DNA of 64,000 nucleotides from positions 64,007 through 128,006 of the forward strand of contig JAJZTA010000007.1 of NCBI GenBank assembly GCA_021849295.1, written 5' to 3'. Source of the DNA: Pseudomonadota bacterium (GTDB taxonomy: Bacteria > Pseudomonadota > Alphaproteobacteria > Micavibrionales > UBA2020). This document shows, piece by piece, positions 8,845-18,000 of this stretch. Position numbers and translations under genes: made by a program. The notes beneath the pieces are model-generated. The model was not told the DNA's origin, did no database searches, and saw only the letters and a program-made list of their open reading frames with translations. Positions within the stretch are counted from its first letter, which is position 1. Every line of letters starts with the position of its first letter.

Positions 8845-9825
8845 CTAGCCTCCGTACTTGTATTGTTTCACCGTCTGGTCGATCGCGCCGAAGACGGATT
8901 GTCCGTCCGTGCCGGACATTTCTATTTTGATGGTGTCGCCGAACTTCATGAACGGCGTTTTCGCCTTGCCGCCGTCGATCTGTTCGAGCAGGCGCCGCTC
9001 GACGATGCACGACGACCCCGCGCTGCGGTCGACGTTGGAGACCGTGCCTGAGCCGACGATCGTTCCGGCGCAAAGCGGGCGGGATTTTGCGGCGTGGGCG
9101 ACCAGTTGCGCGAAGTCGAACACCATGTCGACGCCCGCGTGCGGGTGGCCGAATTCCGCACCGTTCAGTGTCGAGACCAGGGGCAGGTGGACTTTGTTGC
9201 CGCGCCACGCGCCGCCCAGCTCGTCCTTTGTTACGGCGACGGGCGAAAAGGCGCTCGATGGCTTGGATTGCAGGAAGCCGAAGCCCTTGGCGAGTTCGTC
9301 CTTGGTGAGGCCGCGCAAGGAGACGTCGTTCACCAGCATGAGGAGCTGGATGTGCTTTCCGGCGTCGGCAACCGGCACGCCCATTGGCACGTCGTCGGTG
9401 ATCACGGCGACTTCGGCCTCGAAATCGATGCCCCAGTCTTCGCTTTCCAGCAAAATGTCGTCGCGGGGGCCGAGGAAGCTGTCCGAGCCGCCCTGATACA
9501 TCAAGGGGTCCGTCCAGAAGCTCGGTGGCATGTCCGCGCCGCGCGATTTGCGCACCAGCTCGACGTGGTTGACGTAAGAGCTGCCGTCCACCCACTGATA
9601 GGCGCGCGGCAGCGGGCTGGAGCATTTTGCGGGGTCGAAATCGAAGGACGCCGCCTTGCCCGCGTTGAGGTCGTTATAAAGCGCTTCGAGCTTCGGCCTG
9701 GCCGCCGCCCAGTCGTCGAGCGCCGCCTGCAGCGTGGGGATGGGCGCGTTTGCCGCTTTGGCGAGGTCTTTGCTGACGACGACGAGTTTGCCGTCGCGGC
9801 CGTGTTTGAGCGATGCGAGTTTCAT
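8845..9825 (-). CDS. fumarylacetoacetate hydrolase (FAH)-family protein, ~330-aa bacterial type
   Basis: 326 aa. N-terminal 'MKLASLKHGRDGKLVVVS' domain plus a C-terminal FAH fold ('GDTIKIEM', 'GTVSN'). Lies in an operon with hmgA and hppD. Confidence 0.85.
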   Translation of the reverse strand: MKLASLKHGRDGKLVVVSKDLAKAANAPIPTLQAALDDWAAARPKLEALYNDLNAGKAASFDFDPAKCSSPLPRAYQWVDGSSYVNHVELVRKSRGADMPPSFWTDPLMYQGGSDSFLGPRDDILLESEDWGIDFEAEVAVITDDVPMGVPVADAGKHIQLLMLVNDVSLRGLTKDELAKGFGFLQSKPSSAFSPVAVTKDELGGAWRGNKVHLPLVSTLNGAEFGHPHAGVDMVFDFAQLVAHAAKSRPLCAGTIVGSGTVSNVDRSAGSSCIVERRLLEQIDGGKAKTPFMKFGDTIKIEMSGTDGQSVFGAIDQTVKQYKYGG

Positions 9826-10826
9826 GCCGTTTCTCCTTGCGGTGGGGCGGTTGCGGTACCGCGTCCCGCCGGCGCGCGGCGCACGGCGCGGATGAGGCCG
9901 GTGAAGATGATGACGAAGATCACGGCGTCTATGCCGTGCTGCACGGGCAGGTTATGCGTCGCGACGGCGCCGATGCCGGCGAGCGCGCCGAAGGCGAGGT
10001 CGTCGCCGAGACCGAAGAGCAATATTTCCGGCATGGGCCGCCAGCCCGCGCGGGCGATGCGCCAGACGGCGAAGGCGATGAGGCCAAAGACGAGCAGCGC
10101 GAAGACGGGAAACGGGAACGGCCGCTTCGCCGCGAGGGCATAGTTGCCGATGTAGAAAAATACGGTTGCCGTGCCGAGCAGCACGGGTTTGAGAGAAGGT
10201 TTCTTGTCCGCCGCCGCGGGCTCCGCTTTCCGGCGGCAAAAGCGCACGGCGAGAAAGGCGAACAGTCCTTGCGCCAGAATATAGCCGGCAAAGGCCGCTG
10301 GCACGGGCGGGCGGTTTTTCATGACGAAATGCAGCGCATAGAGCGCGGCGAACGGCACCAGCGCGACGACCAGCCCGCGTTTGGAGAACCAGCGCTGTTT
10401 CGCCGCGGCGGGGAAGGTCCAGTGGGTGACGAGAACGGGATAAAGCACGCTGTGCAGCGCGTGCCAGAAGACGATGAAGAGCGCCCAGCCGCCCTCGAAC
10501 GCGCCCAGCTGCCCGTAGCCCGCGAACGGACCGACCGGCTGGCCGGAAAGCTGGGTCAGCGTCTTGGCGATGACGCCCTCGTTCAGCAGCCCGTAGCCGA
10601 GGCCGAGGAGGATGATGCCGAGGATGTTGAGATTTTTGGCGACCGCCAGCTCGCGGATCAGCAGGACGGGCAGGCCGTAGACCAGCGTCAGAAAGACGAA
10701 GGCCGGCGGGTGGATGAACTTCAAAACCGGCACGTTGCCGGACAAAATCTCCGCCAGCGGCGCGGCGACGAAGAGCAGCATCAGGAACGCTTTACGGATT
10801 GTTTTGCCGTCTGTGTCCGTCGTCAT
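9822..10826 (-). CDS. polytopic membrane protein of unknown family embedded in the homogentisate operon
   Basis: About 9-10 TM helices. The in-frame ATG at 10824-10826 forms ATGA with the hmgA stop, and its own TGA forms ATGA with the FAH start at 9822-9825. The track ORF extends to 10859. Confidence 0.7.
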   Translation of the reverse strand: MTTDTDGKTIRKAFLMLLFVAAPLAEILSGNVPVLKFIHPPAFVFLTLVYGLPVLLIRELAVAKNLNILGIILLGLGYGLLNEGVIAKTLTQLSGQPVGPFAGYGQLGAFEGGWALFIVFWHALHSVLYPVLVTHWTFPAAAKQRWFSKRGLVVALVPFAALYALHFVMKNRPPVPAAFAGYILAQGLFAFLAVRFCRRKAEPAAADKKPSLKPVLLGTATVFFYIGNYALAAKRPFPFPVFALLVFGLIAFAVWRIARAGWRPMPEILLFGLGDDLAFGALAGIGAVATHNLPVQHGIDAVIFVIIFTGLIRAVRRAPAGRGTATAPPQGETA

Positions 10827-12094
10827 TTTTTGTACATTTTTTGCAGACTCTGCCAGCACTGGTAATAGTCTTTTTGCAGCGTCGATTTCATCGCGTCCGC
10901 GGTCGGGCGCATGACGAAGCGGCTCTCGAACATGAAGGCGAGCGTGTCTTTCATCCGCACCGGCTCAAGCTTGACCGTCGAGGCGTGCTTGACCACGCCC
11001 GCGTCCGGCCCGTGCGCCGACATGCAGTTGTGCAGCGAGCAGCCGCCCGGCACAAAGCCGCCGCTTTCCTTCGCGTCGTAAACGCCGAGAATCAGCCCCA
11101 TGAACTCGCTCATGATGTTGCGGTGGAAGTAGGGCGGTCGGAAGGTATGCTCCGCCACCGACCAGCGCGGCGGGAAGATGACGAAATCGACATTTGCGAT
11201 TCCGGGGGATCCGCTCGGCGAGGTCAGCACGGTGAAGATCGACGGGTCGGCGTGGTCAAAGCTCACCGTGTTCATGACGTTGAACAGCGCAAGGTCGTAT
11301 TTGTAGGGCGCATAGTTGCCGTGCCACGCGACGACGTCGAGCGGGGAGTGGCCGATCTTCGCCGTCCACAGCGCGCCGTCGAACTTGGCGACCAGCTCGA
11401 AATTGCCCTTTTTGTCCTCGCAGGCGGCGACGGGATAGAGAAAATGCCGCGGATGGGCGAGGCCGTTGGCGCCGATGGGGCCGAGATCGGGCAACTGGAA
11501 CGGCGCGCCGTAGTTTTCGCAGATATAGCCGCGCGCGGTTTTCTCTGTCGGGTCGGCGGCGAACTTGATGCCGCGCGGGATGACGCAGATTTCCCCCGGA
11601 TTCACTTCCAGCACGCCCATTTCGGTGCGGAAGACCATCCCGCCCTGTTCGGGCAGAAAGAGCATCTCGCCGTCGGAATTGTAGAAATAGCGGTTCTTCA
11701 TCGGCGCGTTGACCGCGTAGCGGTGCGCGGCGAGTCCCGCCCAGCCGTGCAGGTCGCCGCCCTTGGCCATCGTCACCACGCCGTCGATCAGGTCGGTCTT
11801 TTGGGTCGGTGACTTCAGCGGGTCCCAGCGCAACTGGTTCGGCGTGGCGGGGGCGGGCGTCTCGTCAGGCTTTTGGTAAAGCGCGAACGGCAGATGCTTC
11901 ACCGACGGCAGAATGCGGTAGAGCCACGTGCGCTGGTTGCTTTTTTGCGGCACGGTGAAGGCGGTGCCGCTCAGCTGCTCGGCATAAAGGCCTTTGGGCG
12001 GCTGTTGCGGCGAGTTCTGGTTTTTGGGCAGCGCGCCGCGCACCGCTTCCGTCTCGAACGTGTTGCCGAAGCCGGATTGATATTTTAATTGCAC
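10823..12094 (-). CDS. hmgA: homogentisate 1,2-dioxygenase
   Basis: 423 aa. 'MQLKYQSGFGNTFETEA...ALP' N-terminus and overall HGO sequence. Confidence 0.95.
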   Translation of the reverse strand: MQLKYQSGFGNTFETEAVRGALPKNQNSPQQPPKGLYAEQLSGTAFTVPQKSNQRTWLYRILPSVKHLPFALYQKPDETPAPATPNQLRWDPLKSPTQKTDLIDGVVTMAKGGDLHGWAGLAAHRYAVNAPMKNRYFYNSDGEMLFLPEQGGMVFRTEMGVLEVNPGEICVIPRGIKFAADPTEKTARGYICENYGAPFQLPDLGPIGANGLAHPRHFLYPVAACEDKKGNFELVAKFDGALWTAKIGHSPLDVVAWHGNYAPYKYDLALFNVMNTVSFDHADPSIFTVLTSPSGSPGIANVDFVIFPPRWSVAEHTFRPPYFHRNIMSEFMGLILGVYDAKESGGFVPGGCSLHNCMSAHGPDAGVVKHASTVKLEPVRMKDTLAFMFESRFVMRPTADAMKSTLQKDYYQCWQSLQKMYKK

Positions 12095-12181
12095 TTTCTA
12101 TTCTCCATTTACGCCACGCCGGGTTCATTCCGGCGTCTATATGGATGCCGCAATAAATGCGGCATGGCGGGTTTGAGTGTA

Positions 12182-13240
12182 TTACGCCTGCAAAACGCCG
12201 CGGCGGATCTGGTCTTCCTCGAGGCTTTCGAACAAGGCCTGAAAGTTGCCCTCGCCGAAGCCCTCGTTGCCCTTGCGCTGGATGATTTCGTAGAAAACGG
12301 GGCCGATCGCGTCCTTGGTGAAGATTTGTAGCAGCAAACCTTGGCCTTTGGTCGGCGCGCCGTCGACGAGGATGTTGAGCTTCTGCATACGCGCGAGGTC
12401 TTCGCCGTGGCCGGGCACGCGGGTGTCGACCTTTTTGTAGTAGGTGTCGAGCGTGGTCTGGAAGTCGACGCCGGTCTTTTGCAGGCTCTCCACGGTTTCG
12501 TAGATATTGTCGGTGCCGAGCGCGATGTGCTGGATGCCTTCGCCGTTGAAGCGTTTGAGGAATTCCTCGATCTGCGACTTGTCGTCCGAGGATTCGTTCA
12601 GGGGAATGCGGATCTTGCCGCAGGGGCTGGTCATGGCCTTGGATTTGAGGCCGGTCAGCTTGCCCTCGATGTCGAAGTAGCGGATCTCGCGGAAGTTGAA
12701 GAGGTCTTCGTAGAACTTCGCCCATGTCTCCATGTTGCCGCGGCGGACGTTGTGGGTCAGGTGGTCGATGTAGGTGAGGCCGGCGCCCTTGTGCGGGGCT
12801 TTGTCGGTGAAGTTGAAATCCGCCTCGTAAATGCTGCCCTTGTCGCCGTATTTGTCGACGAGGAACAAAACGGTCTCGCCGATGCCCTCGATGGCGTAGA
12901 GCCTGTTCTCGCCAGGGCCCGTCGGCACCTCGACCGGCTTCGCGCCTTTTTCCAGCGCGTGGCGGTAGGCTTTTGGGGCGTGCTTGACGCGGAAGGCCAT
13001 GGCGCAGGCGCCGCCGCCGTGGATCTTGGCGAATTTGCCGGCGTAGGAATCCGGCTCCCTGTTGATGATGTAATTGATCTTGCCCTGCTGGTAGAGCGAG
13101 ACCCGCTTCGATTTATGCGTGGCGGTCTTTTTGAAGCCGAAATTGGTGAAGAGCTTCTCCAGCTCCTCGGGCTCGGGGTGGGCATACTCTATAAATTCAA
13201 AACCGTCCGTTCCCATCGGGTTGTTAAATAAATCAGCCAT
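12182..13240 (-). CDS. hppD: 4-hydroxyphenylpyruvate dioxygenase
   Basis: 352 aa. 'NPMGTDGFEFIEY' N-terminus and 'GIQHIAL', 'FYEIIQRKG...GFGEGNFQALFESIE'-type C-terminus. Confidence 0.95.
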   Translation of the reverse strand: MADLFNNPMGTDGFEFIEYAHPEPEELEKLFTNFGFKKTATHKSKRVSLYQQGKINYIINREPDSYAGKFAKIHGGGACAMAFRVKHAPKAYRHALEKGAKPVEVPTGPGENRLYAIEGIGETVLFLVDKYGDKGSIYEADFNFTDKAPHKGAGLTYIDHLTHNVRRGNMETWAKFYEDLFNFREIRYFDIEGKLTGLKSKAMTSPCGKIRIPLNESSDDKSQIEEFLKRFNGEGIQHIALGTDNIYETVESLQKTGVDFQTTLDTYYKKVDTRVPGHGEDLARMQKLNILVDGAPTKGQGLLLQIFTKDAIGPVFYEIIQRKGNEGFGEGNFQALFESLEEDQIRRGVLQA

Positions 13241-13434
13241 AAATTGCCTCTTTCTACTTTATAAATGGAATGGCGCCAAGCGTGGGACAGTATCGGGGTT
13301 TTCCGCCCCACTTTCAAGAAATCAGACGAAAAAGACTTGGTTTTATGAAATAAGCCGTTTATGATGCTCTGCACAATTTTTTTTGGAACGGACGGATATT
13401 TTTCAGAATGTGGCAACAGGAAGACAGAGCGCGT

Positions 13435-14343
13435 ATGTCGCTGCCTTTCATCTCCCCCAGACTGTGTGATCTGGAGGTGAGCTTCGAGTTCTTCCCGCCC
13501 AAGACGGAGAAGAGCGAGAACGTGCTGTGGGACTCGATCGACGTCCTCGCGCCGCTGAAGCCCAAGTTCGTTTCGGTGACCTACGGCGCCGGCGGCACGA
13601 CCCGCGCGCGCACCCACGAGATCGTCACCAACATCCATTCCAAGACCGGCATCCCCGCCGCCGCGCACCTGACCTGTATCGGCGCGACGAAGGAGGAAAT
13701 CGACGAGATCGCCCGCACCTACTGGGAGCACGGCATCAAGCATATCGTCGCCCTGCGCGGCGACCCGCCCAAGGGCGAGGCCTACGCGCCGGTCAAGGGC
13801 GGCTACAACTACGCCTCCGACCTCGTCGCGGGGCTGAAGAAGATCGCCCCGTTCGAGATCAGCGTCGCGGGCTATCCCGAAACGCACCCCGAGGCGGTCA
13901 ATGCGCTCGAGGACATGGCCAACCTCAAAAAGAAGGTCGATGCGGGCGCGGACCGCGTCGTCAGCCAGTTTTTCATGGAGCCGGAATCGTTCCTCAGCTT
14001 CCGCGACCGCGCCGCGGCCGCGGGCATCAAAGTGCCGATCGTGCCGGGCATCCTCTCCATCACCAATTACGCCAAGGCGGTCGAGTTCGCCGCCGTCTGC
14101 GGCACGAAAGTGCCGACATGGATGACCGAACTGTTCGAAGGACTGGACGACCAGCCCCAAACAAGACAATTGGTCGCCGCGACCGTGGCGGCGGAGCAAT
14201 GCCGCGTCCTGTACGCCAACGGCGTGCGCCATTTTCATTTTTATACGCTCAACCGCGCGGAACACACGCTGGCGATCTGCCACATGCTAGGCCTGCGCGC
14301 GGAACCGCAATCGTTGCGGGAAAAAGTTATGGTCCATATTTAA
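13435..14343 (+). CDS. metF: 5,10-methylenetetrahydrofolate reductase
   Basis: 'VSFEFFPPKT', 'VSVTYGAGG', 'HFHFYTLNRA' motifs. The track ORF starts at 13408; the internal ATG at 13435 gives a typical N-terminus. Confidence 0.9.
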   Translation: MSLPFISPRLCDLEVSFEFFPPKTEKSENVLWDSIDVLAPLKPKFVSVTYGAGGTTRARTHEIVTNIHSKTGIPAAAHLTCIGATKEEIDEIARTYWEHGIKHIVALRGDPPKGEAYAPVKGGYNYASDLVAGLKKIAPFEISVAGYPETHPEAVNALEDMANLKKKVDAGADRVVSQFFMEPESFLSFRDRAAAAGIKVPIVPGILSITNYAKAVEFAAVCGTKVPTWMTELFEGLDDQPQTRQLVAATVAAEQCRVLYANGVRHFHFYTLNRAEHTLAICHMLGLRAEPQSLREKVMVHI

Positions 14344-14362
14344 CACGAAGGAGAAAAAAACT

Positions 14363-16657
14363 ATGGCACTCTCGGCAAACCTCGGCTTCCCCCGCGTCGG
14401 CGCGAAGCGCGAACTGAAAAAAGCGCAGGAAGCCTACTGGGCGGGAAAGATTTCGCAGGAAGAGCTTTTCAAGGTCGGCGCGGAATTGCGCGCGCGGCAT
14501 TGGGAGCTGTGCAAGGCGGCGGGCATCGACCACATTCCTTCCAACGATTTCACCTACTATGACCATGTTCTCGATACGGCGACGACGGTCGGCGCGGTGC
14601 CGGAAAGATATGAATGGGACGGCAAGAAAGAGGTGGATCTCGACACCTTCTTCGCCATGGCGCGCGGCAACAAAAAAGTCGGCGCGATGGAAATGACCAA
14701 GTGGTTCGACACCAACTACCACTATCTCGTGCCCGAGCTGCATGCCGGCATGAAGTTCCGCCTTTCGGGCCACAAGCCTTTCCGCCACTACGAGGAAGCG
14801 AAGGCACTCGGCATCGAGACGCGCCCCGTGCTGCTCGGCCCCGTGTCGTTCCTGCTGCTGGGAAAAATGAAAGACGGCGGAGACGCGCTCTCGCTGCTCG
14901 ACGCGCTGCTGCCGGTTTACGAGGAAATTCTGGGCAAGCTCAAATCCCTCGGCGCGGAATGGGTGCAGATCGACGAGCCGTGCTTCGTGCTCGATCAGGG
15001 CGAACCCGCGCGCGCCGCGCTCAAAAAGGCCTATGACCGCCTCTCGAAAGTCGCGCCGAAAATCATGATCGCGACCTACTTCGACGCGCTGGAAGAAAAC
15101 ATGGACGCCGTGTTCGGTCTGCCGGTCGCGGGCGTGCATGTCGATCTGGTGCGCGCGCCGCAGCAGCTTGACGCCGCCCTCAAGGCCGCGGGCAAGGACA
15201 AAGTCCTCTCGCTCGGTGTGATCGACGGCCGCAACATCTGGCGCGCCAATCTCTCCGCAGCGCTGAAGCCGGTCGAAAAGGCCGTGGCCGCATTGGGCTC
15301 CGACCGCGTGATCGTCGCGCCGTCCTGCTCGCTGCTGCACACGCCGGTCGATCTCGACAACGAAACCGCGCTCGATGCGGAGCTGAAATCGTGGATGGCC
15401 TTCGCCAAGCAAAAGCTGGCCGAGGTTGCCGCGATCGCCTCCGCCGTCAACGGCAAAAAGGACGCCGCCGCGTTCGAAGCCAGCGACAAGGCTGCCGCCA
15501 CGCGCAAAACCTCACCGCGCATCAACAACAAGGCGGTGCAGGAGCGCTGGAGCAAGGTGACGCCCGACATGCTGAAACGCCAGCATCCGTTCGCAACGCG
15601 CGTCGCGGCGCAGCGCAAGGCGCTGGGCCTGCCGCTGTTCCCGACCACGACGATCGGCTCCTTCCCGCAAACGCCGGAAATCCGCCAGCACCGCGCCGAC
15701 TTCAAGAAGGGCGCCATCGACGAAGCCGCGTACAACGACTTCCTCAAGCAGGAAATCGCCGAATGCGTGAAGATTCAGGAAGACATCGGGCTTGACGTTT
15801 TTGTGCACGGCGAAGCCGAGCGCAACGACATGGTCGAATACTTCGGCGAGCAACTCGACGGCTACACCTTCACCAAGTTCGGCTGGGTGCAGTCCTACGG
15901 TTCGCGCTGCGTCAAGCCGCCGATCATCTTCGGCGACATTTCGCGCCCGAAGGCGATGACGGTGGACTGGTCGGTCTATGCGCAAAGCCTTACCGACAAG
16001 CCGATGAAAGGCATGCTCACGGGGCCGGTGACCATTCTGCAATGGTCGTTCGTCCGCGACGACCAGCCGCGCGCCACAACGGCGGGCCAGCTGGCGCTGG
16101 CGCTGCGCGACGAAGTGCAGGACCTTGAAAAGGCCGGCATCAAGGTCATCCAGATCGACGAGCCCGCCGTGCGCGAAGGCCTGCCGCTCCGCCGCAAGGA
16201 CTGGAAGTCGTACCTCCGCTGGGCGGTGGACGCGTTCCGCCTCTGCTCCGCGGGCGTGAAGGACGAAACGCAGATCCACACCCACATGTGCTATGCCGAG
16301 TTCAACGACATCATCGAGGCGGTCGCCGAAATGGACGCCGACGTGATCTCGATCGAGACCTCGCGCTCGCAGATGGAACTGCTCGGCGCGTTCGAGGACT
16401 TCAAGTACCCGAACGAGATCGGCCCCGGCGTCTACGACATCCACAGTCCGCGCGTCGTGCCGCAGGCCGAGATGGAAGCGCTCCTGAAAAAGGCCGTCGC
16501 CGTGCTGAAGCCCGAGCAGATCTGGGTCAACCCCGACTGCGGCCTCAAAACCCGCAAGTGGGAAGAAACCAGGATATGCCTCGCGAATCTCGTCGGCGCC
16601 GCCAGGACCATGCGCGCCGCCTATGCGGTTCCGGCGGGCAAACAGGCCAACGGGTAA
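14363..16657 (+). CDS. metE: cobalamin-independent methionine synthase
   Basis: 764 aa, full-length MetE two-domain sequence ('GFPRVGAKRELKKA', 'IQIDEPA', 'THMCY'). Starts 19 nt after metF. Confidence 0.97.
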   Translation: MALSANLGFPRVGAKRELKKAQEAYWAGKISQEELFKVGAELRARHWELCKAAGIDHIPSNDFTYYDHVLDTATTVGAVPERYEWDGKKEVDLDTFFAMARGNKKVGAMEMTKWFDTNYHYLVPELHAGMKFRLSGHKPFRHYEEAKALGIETRPVLLGPVSFLLLGKMKDGGDALSLLDALLPVYEEILGKLKSLGAEWVQIDEPCFVLDQGEPARAALKKAYDRLSKVAPKIMIATYFDALEENMDAVFGLPVAGVHVDLVRAPQQLDAALKAAGKDKVLSLGVIDGRNIWRANLSAALKPVEKAVAALGSDRVIVAPSCSLLHTPVDLDNETALDAELKSWMAFAKQKLAEVAAIASAVNGKKDAAAFEASDKAAATRKTSPRINNKAVQERWSKVTPDMLKRQHPFATRVAAQRKALGLPLFPTTTIGSFPQTPEIRQHRADFKKGAIDEAAYNDFLKQEIAECVKIQEDIGLDVFVHGEAERNDMVEYFGEQLDGYTFTKFGWVQSYGSRCVKPPIIFGDISRPKAMTVDWSVYAQSLTDKPMKGMLTGPVTILQWSFVRDDQPRATTAGQLALALRDEVQDLEKAGIKVIQIDEPAVREGLPLRRKDWKSYLRWAVDAFRLCSAGVKDETQIHTHMCYAEFNDIIEAVAEMDADVISIETSRSQMELLGAFEDFKYPNEIGPGVYDIHSPRVVPQAEMEALLKKAVAVLKPEQIWVNPDCGLKTRKWEETRICLANLVGAARTMRAAYAVPAGKQANG

Positions 16658-16702
16658 GCTTTCGGCGGCGGAACTGCGCCGCATATCAGGGCGTTAGGGC
16701 AG

Positions 16703-16730
16703 GCCGGACGAATGCGTCCGGTTCTGCTTG
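16703..16730 (+). terminator. candidate intrinsic terminator after metE
   Basis: 7-bp stem CCGGACG / CGTCCGG with loop AATG, followed by a weakly T-rich stretch. Confidence 0.35.
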
Positions 16731-16778
16731 TAAAGGCCGTGCCCGCATAATATACTAGCCTAAGTCAATTTATGACAA

Positions 16779-17996
16779 ATGGTTTATAAGATGGCGATCG
16801 GCATAATTCAGGCGGCAGGAAAGGCGCTCTCCAAGACGGCGCTGATTCTCGACGACATTCCCGTCGCCGCCGCGAACCTGATCGAAGTCGAGGTCAAAAA
16901 TCCCGGCGCGCCGCCGGAAAATCTTCCCAAGCCGCACAAAGGCCGCCCGATGTCGGAAGGCGAATTTTACCTGAAGGCCGCGGGCGCGTCGCTGGTGCCG
17001 AAAACCGCCATCGCGCTCGCGCTCGGCGGGGCGGCGGCGGGCTTGAGCTTCGTCGGCGGCGCCGCCGTGCTGACCTACGGCCTTGTGCCGCTGGCCTTCT
17101 GGCTCTGCGGCAAAAGCGCCGAGAGCGAAGCGGACGAGGAGAAAGACGATAAAAAAGAAGGCCGCCTGTGGACGGACGGCATGATGGGCGTCTTCCCCGG
17201 CGCGAAGAAATTCCTGGGCCGTCTGCCCGCCAAACACCGCTGCATCCTCGGGCGTACCATCCAGATGGACGTCGCGCTGGAGATGGAAATGATGACGCTG
17301 GCCGCGGTCGCGCTCGGCGCGAGCGGCCTTGCCATGGCGGGCGCGGCGGGGATCGCCGCCACGGTCGGGCTGGTGCCGGTGGTGGCGCTGGCGGCGACGG
17401 GGATCGTCTGGAGCACGGCCTACGGCGTGCGCAAGCTGCGCAACGTCATCGGCAAAAACCAGAAGAAAATCGACGCCGGCACGCGCAAGGAAACGCGCTT
17501 CGACCGCGTTTTGAAATTCATCGACAAAAAAATCGACCCGACCTTCGGCCTCGTCGGCAAGCTCGCGCTGATGTCCATCGGCGGCGCGCTGATCATCAGC
17601 CACGGCCTGCTGCCGCTGGTGCCGCTGGCCTTGCCGCATCTTTCCGCCGCCGCCGCGCCGCTGGTGCAGAGCGCGGCGCACATCTTCAACGCCCTGCCGG
17701 ACATGGCGCAGCTCGCCATCGCGACGCCCATCGGCTACGGCCTCGGCAAGTTCGTCTACAATCCGGTCATCGCGCCCATCCTGCGCGCGCCGGGGCATGT
17801 GGCGAAAAAGATTTTCGGCGGGAAGAAGAAGCAGATCGTTACATCTGCAGTTACACCGCCCGCCGCACCTGTTGTCACGCGCGTTCAGGCTTCCGGCACG
17901 CTCACGTCTTCCTTCACGGCGGACAAGGGCGCGCAGCAGGCCGCAAACACGCAGCCGCCCGCAGCGGCGCCGCGCGCTGTCAAATACGCATCCTGA
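16779..17996 (+). CDS. hypothetical membrane protein with long Gly/Ala-rich hydrophobic blocks
   Basis: 405 aa. Several ~40-aa hydrophobic segments such as 'MTLAAVALGASGLAMAGAAGIAATVGLVPVVALAATGIVW', Lys-rich linkers and a Pro/Ala-rich tail. No family recognised. Confidence 0.6.
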   Translation: MVYKMAIGIIQAAGKALSKTALILDDIPVAAANLIEVEVKNPGAPPENLPKPHKGRPMSEGEFYLKAAGASLVPKTAIALALGGAAAGLSFVGGAAVLTYGLVPLAFWLCGKSAESEADEEKDDKKEGRLWTDGMMGVFPGAKKFLGRLPAKHRCILGRTIQMDVALEMEMMTLAAVALGASGLAMAGAAGIAATVGLVPVVALAATGIVWSTAYGVRKLRNVIGKNQKKIDAGTRKETRFDRVLKFIDKKIDPTFGLVGKLALMSIGGALIISHGLLPLVPLALPHLSAAAAPLVQSAAHIFNALPDMAQLAIATPIGYGLGKFVYNPVIAPILRAPGHVAKKIFGGKKKQIVTSAVTPPAAPVVTRVQASGTLTSSFTADKGAQQAANTQPPAAAPRAVKYAS

Positions 17997-18000
17997 ATAA

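Noticed and set aside
7973-9625. The 550-aa minus-strand ORF spanning the EamA and FAH genes in another frame.
   Set aside because: It is an Arg/Pro/Gly-rich shadow frame overlapping two genes that have clear family signatures.
12095-12181. Two hairpins between hppD and hmgA (ATGCCGC/GCGGCAT and CGCCGG/CCGGCG) as terminators.
   Set aside because: Neither is followed by a T-run on the coding (minus) strand. They are more likely mRNA structure or REP-like elements, so they are not called as features.
13241-13434. A SAM or cobalamin riboswitch upstream of metF-metE.
   Set aside because: I could not find a B12 box or a SAM-II/SAM-V-like pseudoknot core by eye. This needs a covariance-model scan (Rfam/Infernal) before anything can be claimed.
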